DNA of 64,000 bases from Myxococcales bacterium (GTDB lineage Bacteria > Myxococcota_A > Polyangia > Polyangiales > Polyangiaceae): NCBI GenBank assembly GCA_043747615.1, contig JAYTOU010000080.1, positions 1-64,000 on the forward strand. Direction: 5' to 3'. Under the pieces are notes generated by a model. It was not told the origin of the DNA. It made no database searches and saw only the letters and a list, made by a program, of their open reading frames with translations. Of this stretch, positions 58,959 through 64,000 are shown in pieces. The position numbers were made by a program, and so were the translations under genes. Every line of letters starts with the position of its first letter. Positions within the stretch are counted from its first letter, which is position 1.

Positions 58959-60299
58959 ATGGCGCTGCCCCCCGGTCCGTCGTACTCCCCCGCGCTGCAA
59001 ACGTTTCGCTACGTTACCCAGCCCGAGAAATTCCTACGCGACTGCCATCAGCGCTACGGCGACATCTTCACCGTCACCACGCTCATCTTCGGTCCCGAGG
59101 TTTGCGTCGTTCGCCCGGAGGTCATCAAGACCGTCTTCACCGGGGACTCGGACGAGCTCCGCGCCGGCGAGGCCAACATCGCGCTCGAGCCGCTGGTAGG
59201 AATGAAGAGCGTGCTCCTCCTCGACGGCGCCGAGCACTTGCGCCAGCGCCGTCTGATGATGCCTCCGTTTCACGGCGAGCGCATGTTCGCGTACGCCCGC
59301 ACCATGCGCGAGATCGCCGAACGCATGGTCGACGGCTGGCCGGTCGGAAAGAAATTCACGCTCCACAAGCACATGCAAAAGCTCACGCTGGAGATCATCC
59401 TGCGAACGATCTTCGGCGTGGAAGAGGGAGCACAGATGGACGACCTAGGGGCGGCGATTGCGCGCGTCCTCGATCTCACCGCGTCGCCATTCACCATGGT
59501 CGGCGCCACACCGCCGTTCCGAAAAAATCTCTGGGGCTTCTCGCCGTGGGCGAGGCTCCAGCGCGCGCTCCGCAGTGCAGACAAGCTTATCTACGAGGTG
59601 ATTTCACGCCGCCGGGCGGAGATCGAGGCCAAAGCTCCGCCGCGGACCGACGTCCTGTCGATGCTCCTCACCGCACGCGACGACAAGGGCGACGGGATGA
59701 CCGACGCCGAGCTTCGCGACGAGCTCCTCACGCTCCTCGCCGCGGGTCACGAGACGACGGCCACCGAGCTGTGCTGGGCGCTCGATGCCATCCTTGGTGC
59801 TCCAAGGGTGGTCGCGCGCCTTCAAGACGAGCTCCGCGGAGCGACGAACGACGCTGGCGTCACGGCAATGGATCGGCTTCCGTACCTCGACGCCACGCTG
59901 AAAGAGGTGCTTCGTCTGCACCCCGTGATTCCCGCGGTTGCCCGGCGCGTGAAGGTGCCGATGGTGGTGGGCGGCTACGACGTTCCTGCGGGCATGCTCC
60001 TCGTCCCCGGCGTGTGGCTCACTCACCACCTCCCCGACATTTATCCGCAGCCAGACGAGTTCCGGCCCGAGCGCTTCCTCGATACGAAGCCCGATCCGTA
60101 CGCGTGGCTCCCCTTCGGTGGTGGCGTTCGGCGTTGCCTAGGTATGGCGTTCGCGCTCTTCGAAATGAAGGTCGTGCTTGCCACCGTTCTCACGCGCGTG
60201 AGCCTCCGCCTTGCGAGCAACAAGCCTACCCGCACCGTGCTGCGCGGCTTCACCCATGCCCCCCGCGGAAACGTCCCGGTGATCGTCGAGAAGCGGTAG
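58959..60299 (+). CDS. Cytochrome P450
   Basis: AGHETT, EVLR, FRPERF, FGGGVRRCLG. Confidence 0.96.
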   Translation: MALPPGPSYSPALQTFRYVTQPEKFLRDCHQRYGDIFTVTTLIFGPEVCVVRPEVIKTVFTGDSDELRAGEANIALEPLVGMKSVLLLDGAEHLRQRRLMMPPFHGERMFAYARTMREIAERMVDGWPVGKKFTLHKHMQKLTLEIILRTIFGVEEGAQMDDLGAAIARVLDLTASPFTMVGATPPFRKNLWGFSPWARLQRALRSADKLIYEVISRRRAEIEAKAPPRTDVLSMLLTARDDKGDGMTDAELRDELLTLLAAGHETTATELCWALDAILGAPRVVARLQDELRGATNDAGVTAMDRLPYLDATLKEVLRLHPVIPAVARRVKVPMVVGGYDVPAGMLLVPGVWLTHHLPDIYPQPDEFRPERFLDTKPDPYAWLPFGGGVRRCLGMAFALFEMKVVLATVLTRVSLRLASNKPTRTVLRGFTHAPRGNVPVIVEKR

Positions 60300-60308
60300 G
60301 CTCCGGTA

Positions 60309-61766
60309 GTGACACGCGAGGAGGTCTGGCAAACGGTCGCGACCGGTCTCCGGCACGACTTTGGTCGCTTACTCGACGTGCGGGACGTCCGTCGGGTCCG
60401 CAGGGTGTCGGGTGATGCATGGACCGTGACCGTCGTCCTCGCCGCTCCGTCCGGTGACCTGCACGTCGCGGATCTCACCGTCGACGACGCAGGCGCGATC
60501 TCGCCGACGCTCGGGGCCGATCACGTCATCGATGCCGTGCGCCGGGCCGTTCGCACTTCCCACGTGCCAGGTCCGCCGGACGAGCTCTCCGATTTCGGCG
60601 GCGACCTCGCAGACACAAGTGACGAAGAGCCTGGCCTCGAGATGCTCTCGGAGATGGACGCGCCCGTGGAGGTTCGCGTAGCCGCGGCCATCGCGCGTGG
60701 TGATGACGCGTCATTGAAGGAGGCGCGGGAGCTTCTGCCTCGATTGCTCGCCGCTCACGATCGTCGGGGAAACACGCTCCTTCGCATGGCCGAGGTCGAG
60801 GTGATGCTGTGGGAGCCCAATCTCGCGCGAGGCTACCTCGAAGCCGCAGCCCGCGAGTTCGCAGATCATTTCGATCTAGACGCCCTCGAGAAAGCTGCAG
60901 TGATGGCGCTCGATCTCGTGGGCCGCGACGCTTTCGCAGGGTCGCCCGTGCACGCGCTCCTCGAGCAAAGCCGGGCTCGTCTGAACCCGTTCTCGAGCAT
61001 CTTCGACGCGCGCAGCTTCGTCGGCCTACCGGAAGATCTCCGGGCGACGCTGGAGCCTCACATCACACTTCGCACGCTCGCCCCGGGCGAGACGCTCGTC
61101 AACGAGGGCGACCCTTCGCGCCAGGTGTTCGTCGTCAAGAGCGGGCTCATCGGCGTCTGGCTCGAAAAGCCCTCGGGTGGCTCATGGCTCGTGCGCTGCT
61201 GTTTTCCCGGCTGGTTGCTGGGCGAATCGAGCGTCCTCGGCGGTGTCGCGCCCCGCTGCATGGCCTCGCTCCGCGCCGAGCGCCTCAGCGAAATTTGGAT
61301 CTGCGACGCCGCGGTCATCCGCAATCTGATGGAAGAAGATCTCGCGTTCGGGATGCGCATCGCCGAGACCAAACAACTTCACCGCATCGACTCGTTCTTC
61401 TCGATGCACGAGACGATGGGGCAGCTCGACGTTCAGGTGCGCGACGGGATGCTCTCGTGCATCCAGCGGATCGAGACCTTCCACGAAGAGACGCTCATCC
61501 TCCCAGCGAACGAGATTCCGAGCGTTGCTTGCCTCGTCGCACGCGGGACGATCGCGCTCTTCGAGGTCGGCAAGGAGCAGCCTGCCGGCGTCATCGAGGC
61601 CGACTCGTTCTTCGGAGTGCGCGACACCATCCACCGCATCGCGCCCAGCGTTTCAGCGGTCGCCCGCGCCGGTACCACGGTGGCGTTCTTCGACGGCGCA
61701 CGCTTGCAGAAGCTTTGCGAGCACAGCCCCGAGCACGTCGTCGCCGTTCTCGAGCGCCTGGGCTGA
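60309..61766 (+). CDS. Multidomain protein with tandem cyclic-nucleotide-binding domains
   Basis: Unknown N-terminal domain, acidic linker, TPR-like helices, CNB1 (NEGD, VVKSG, GESSVL..PR), degenerate CNB2. Confidence 0.82.
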   Translation: MTREEVWQTVATGLRHDFGRLLDVRDVRRVRRVSGDAWTVTVVLAAPSGDLHVADLTVDDAGAISPTLGADHVIDAVRRAVRTSHVPGPPDELSDFGGDLADTSDEEPGLEMLSEMDAPVEVRVAAAIARGDDASLKEARELLPRLLAAHDRRGNTLLRMAEVEVMLWEPNLARGYLEAAAREFADHFDLDALEKAAVMALDLVGRDAFAGSPVHALLEQSRARLNPFSSIFDARSFVGLPEDLRATLEPHITLRTLAPGETLVNEGDPSRQVFVVKSGLIGVWLEKPSGGSWLVRCCFPGWLLGESSVLGGVAPRCMASLRAERLSEIWICDAAVIRNLMEEDLAFGMRIAETKQLHRIDSFFSMHETMGQLDVQVRDGMLSCIQRIETFHEETLILPANEIPSVACLVARGTIALFEVGKEQPAGVIEADSFFGVRDTIHRIAPSVSAVARAGTTVAFFDGARLQKLCEHSPEHVVAVLERLG

Positions 61767-61783
61767 AGCTACATTCCGCCTAC

Positions 61784-62185
61784 TCAGGAGGCGGTGGTCA
61801 TGAACACCATGACGAATTCGCGCTTCTCGGTGACGAAGAGCTCGTGGCAGAGAACGTTCTTGAGCTTGTCTGCCGCCGCGGTCATGCCTTTCTCGAGGCG
61901 CGCGAGCTCGCCGGCGTCGAGGGAGTCGGCAACGCCGAGAGATACGGCGTGAAGCGCAATGGCGTAGGGCGTCTCGCCGTCACGGTAGCCGAGGGAGAGG
62001 ACGAGGCGTTTGTCACCTTCGAGGTATTCGACGCCGATGCTCTTCGGAGCGCAGGGGTTCTTGCGAACGAAGTCCTCCGCGTCTTTCGCGACGGAGCCGA
62101 GCGACAGGTCAGCTCCGAGCGTGCCTGTGAACAGCTTGAATTTCCCGTGAAACTGCTCTTTTGTGGCGTTCATTTGATTGGGCAT
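61784..62185 (-). CDS. Hypothetical protein
   Basis: Protein-like 133-aa frame 13 nt downstream of the 62199 gene; start may be 62173. Confidence 0.75.
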   Translation of the reverse strand: MPNQMNATKEQFHGKFKLFTGTLGADLSLGSVAKDAEDFVRKNPCAPKSIGVEYLEGDKRLVLSLGYRDGETPYAIALHAVSLGVADSLDAGELARLEKGMTAAADKLKNVLCHELFVTEKREFVMVFMTTAS

Positions 62186-62198
62186 ATCACGGGCGTCC

Positions 62199-62867
62199 TT
62201 ACTTCGGAACGACGAGCTTCGGCGACTGCTCGACCACGCGGGCTACGGCCTCTTGCCCGAAGAACTCGAGCACCGTTTGCACGCGCAGCTTTTGATCGTT
62301 GGAGGATTTCACGACCCCCTGCTGCGTCCTCACCTGGAGCTCCATCAGCTTCTTGATCTCGCTGATCTGCCCGGCAAGCTTTTCGATCTGCGCGGTGGCG
62401 TCGATCAGCACGGTCTGGGTGTGACGCTCGCCGTGCTGGATGAAGGCCTCGAGGGCCTGGATTTCCTCGGCCGACGTTTCGATGATCGCGTCGATCGGAA
62501 TGCCGAACGCCTTGAGGGACGCCTCCACGATGGCCTTTCGCGTGTCCCGCGGCGTGTCCGTGGGGAGCGATTGAAGGAGGGCGAGGGCCTTCTCGACGCG
62601 CTGCTGGGCCTCGTCGCTGATCCGCGCAGATTGAAACACCTGCGCGAAAACGGTGGTGTCGGGTGCCGAGCCGGCGGCGACCTGCGGCACCCTTCCCTGG
62701 AGGCGGAGCGAAGGAGGCGCGGAATCGTCGGCCGGCGGCGGGGGGAGCGGTTTGCGCTGCTTAAACTGTTGCACCATCTTCTCGGGCTCGACGGCCTCTG
62801 CCTCTGCCTCCTCGTCATCGCGAACCACGAACCAGCCGAGCACGGTCTCCCCAATCTTCTTGGTCAT
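62199..62867 (-). CDS. Hypothetical protein with C-terminal coiled coil
   Basis: N-terminal LGWFVV motif, Pro linker, helical core, heptad-like C-terminus. Confidence 0.8.
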   Translation of the reverse strand: MTKKIGETVLGWFVVRDDEEAEAEAVEPEKMVQQFKQRKPLPPPPADDSAPPSLRLQGRVPQVAAGSAPDTTVFAQVFQSARISDEAQQRVEKALALLQSLPTDTPRDTRKAIVEASLKAFGIPIDAIIETSAEEIQALEAFIQHGERHTQTVLIDATAQIEKLAGQISEIKKLMELQVRTQQGVVKSSNDQKLRVQTVLEFFGQEAVARVVEQSPKLVVPK

Positions 62868-62929
62868 TGCGCCATCGTCGCTCCATTCCCGTGGCAACAC
62901 ACGAGCCTCGTTCGGCTATGCTCGCCAAT

Positions 62930-63760
62930 GTGAGTGACGGAAAGAAGCGGGGAGCCGGGGACGAAGCCCCCTACGCCCGTTACGCGTTTCTCAACCCGTA
63001 CAACATCTCTCTCTTGGCGGGCGCGGCCACCACCGCGGCAGCGACGGGACACTGGGAAATCGCCTTGTGCGCGGGCGCGAGCGAAGCGCTGTGGATGCTC
63101 TTTGCACCGGGCTCCAAGCTTCTGCAGCGTCTGTGGTTCGATCCGATCTGGGAGCAAACCAAGGCGGACAACGTGGACACGCGGCGCGAGCTTAAATTTC
63201 AGCGCCTCACCCTCATGGACCAGCAGCGCGCCTTTGCCCTTCGCGAGCAGCGCGCCCGCATCTACCGCCTGGCCACCGACAACCCGTCGCTCACCGTGGA
63301 TCTCCTCACTCCCGAGCTCGCGAAGCTCGACACTCTCTATGAAGACTTTCTCGATCTCGCCCTGGTGTGCGCGCGCTCCGAAAAGCACCTCGGCAGCTTC
63401 GATGTGCCGCGCATGGAAAATAGCTGGAAGTATTACGAGCAGCAGAAGGTCGAGTTCAGGCCGAGCGATCAACGCTACAAAGTGGCGACGAAGAATCTCG
63501 AAGTGATCACCCAGCGCATGGATCGGCTCGCCCAGGTGCGAAAAAATCTCCAGACGTCGCGCGGCCAGATGGATCTCATGGAAAATAGCTTCCGTCTCCT
63601 CGCCGACGAGATCGTCACCGTCGCGGATCCCGCGGAGCTAGGCGCGCGCCTGGATGATTTGCGCATCGGCGTAGAGGCCATCCGCGAGACGTCGGATGAA
63701 TCGGAGCTCGTCTACGAAGAGCTCGAAGACCACGAGCCAGACAAGCAGATGCGCCGTTAG
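62930..63760 (+). CDS. Membrane-anchored coiled-coil protein
   Basis: N-terminal hydrophobic hairpin, long helical region; GTG 62930 with TATGCT 7 nt upstream (ATG 62918 is an alternative). Confidence 0.8.
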   Translation: MSDGKKRGAGDEAPYARYAFLNPYNISLLAGAATTAAATGHWEIALCAGASEALWMLFAPGSKLLQRLWFDPIWEQTKADNVDTRRELKFQRLTLMDQQRAFALREQRARIYRLATDNPSLTVDLLTPELAKLDTLYEDFLDLALVCARSEKHLGSFDVPRMENSWKYYEQQKVEFRPSDQRYKVATKNLEVITQRMDRLAQVRKNLQTSRGQMDLMENSFRLLADEIVTVADPAELGARLDDLRIGVEAIRETSDESELVYEELEDHEPDKQMRR

Positions 63761-64000
63761 AGGTCGTGAAACCGCGCGGAGATCTCGTGCTCCAGCGCCG
63801 CAAATTCGGGAAGCGCTTCGACCCCCGTGCGCCAGGCCAAGCCGCGCTCGACCATGTCGTAGGTCTCGCAGATGCGTGCCCCAGAGACGAGCGTGCCTTT
63901 CGCGTTGCGCGAGCGGCCGAGCATGTGCACGGTGTCGCTCACGGCCATGGCCGCCCGAATGTCGTGGGTGACGAGGACGATCGTGTTGAGCTCGTCGAGG
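63757..64000 (-). CDS. ABC transporter ATP-binding protein, 3' part only
   Basis: Frame is open to the window edge: LDELNTIVLVTHDIRAAMAVSDTVHMLG (H-loop switch motif). Confidence 0.82.
   Translation of the reverse strand, partial: LDELNTIVLVTHDIRAAMAVSDTVHMLGRSRNAKGTLVSGARICETYDMVERGLAWRTGVEALPEFAALEHEISARFHDL

Noticed and set aside
57734..60299. Lipase plus P450 as a secondary-metabolite cluster
   Set aside because: No PKS, NRPS, terpene synthase or precursor peptide in the window.

Overview
High-GC, gene-dense bacterial chromosomal segment. Gene content (four Hanks-type Ser/Thr kinases, TPR-PEGA membrane proteins, many Cys-rich lipoproteins with D-A-G/D-G-G linkers, a MYXO-CTERM-like tail) suggests Myxococcota, probably Polyangiales; this is inference, as no marker gene is present. 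About 60 CDS were called by eye, including ppk2, nudC, a HemQ/chlorite dismutase-family protein, a GH9 glucanase, a papain-like protease, a 5'-nucleotidase, a YegD-like Hsp70, an L,D-transpeptidase, a P450, GGDEF and EAL proteins and two cNMP-binding proteins. No rRNA, tRNA, CRISPR array, transposase or integrase was seen. Main observations: (1) two paralogous kinase / TPR-PEGA / lipoprotein cassettes sharing short signature motifs but with unrelated lipoprotein bodies, a candidate modular trans-envelope signalling system; (2) a TANNNT hexamer 6-8 nt before about 20 start codons, suggesting widespread leaderless transcription; (3) a YkgJ / DsbD-N-like / ~36-Cys surface protein trio; (4) several genes broken by single stops, a homopolymer frameshift or deletions, meaning either genome decay or assembly error; (5) cNMP-fused signalling proteins. 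All domain names are from motif recognition, not database searches.
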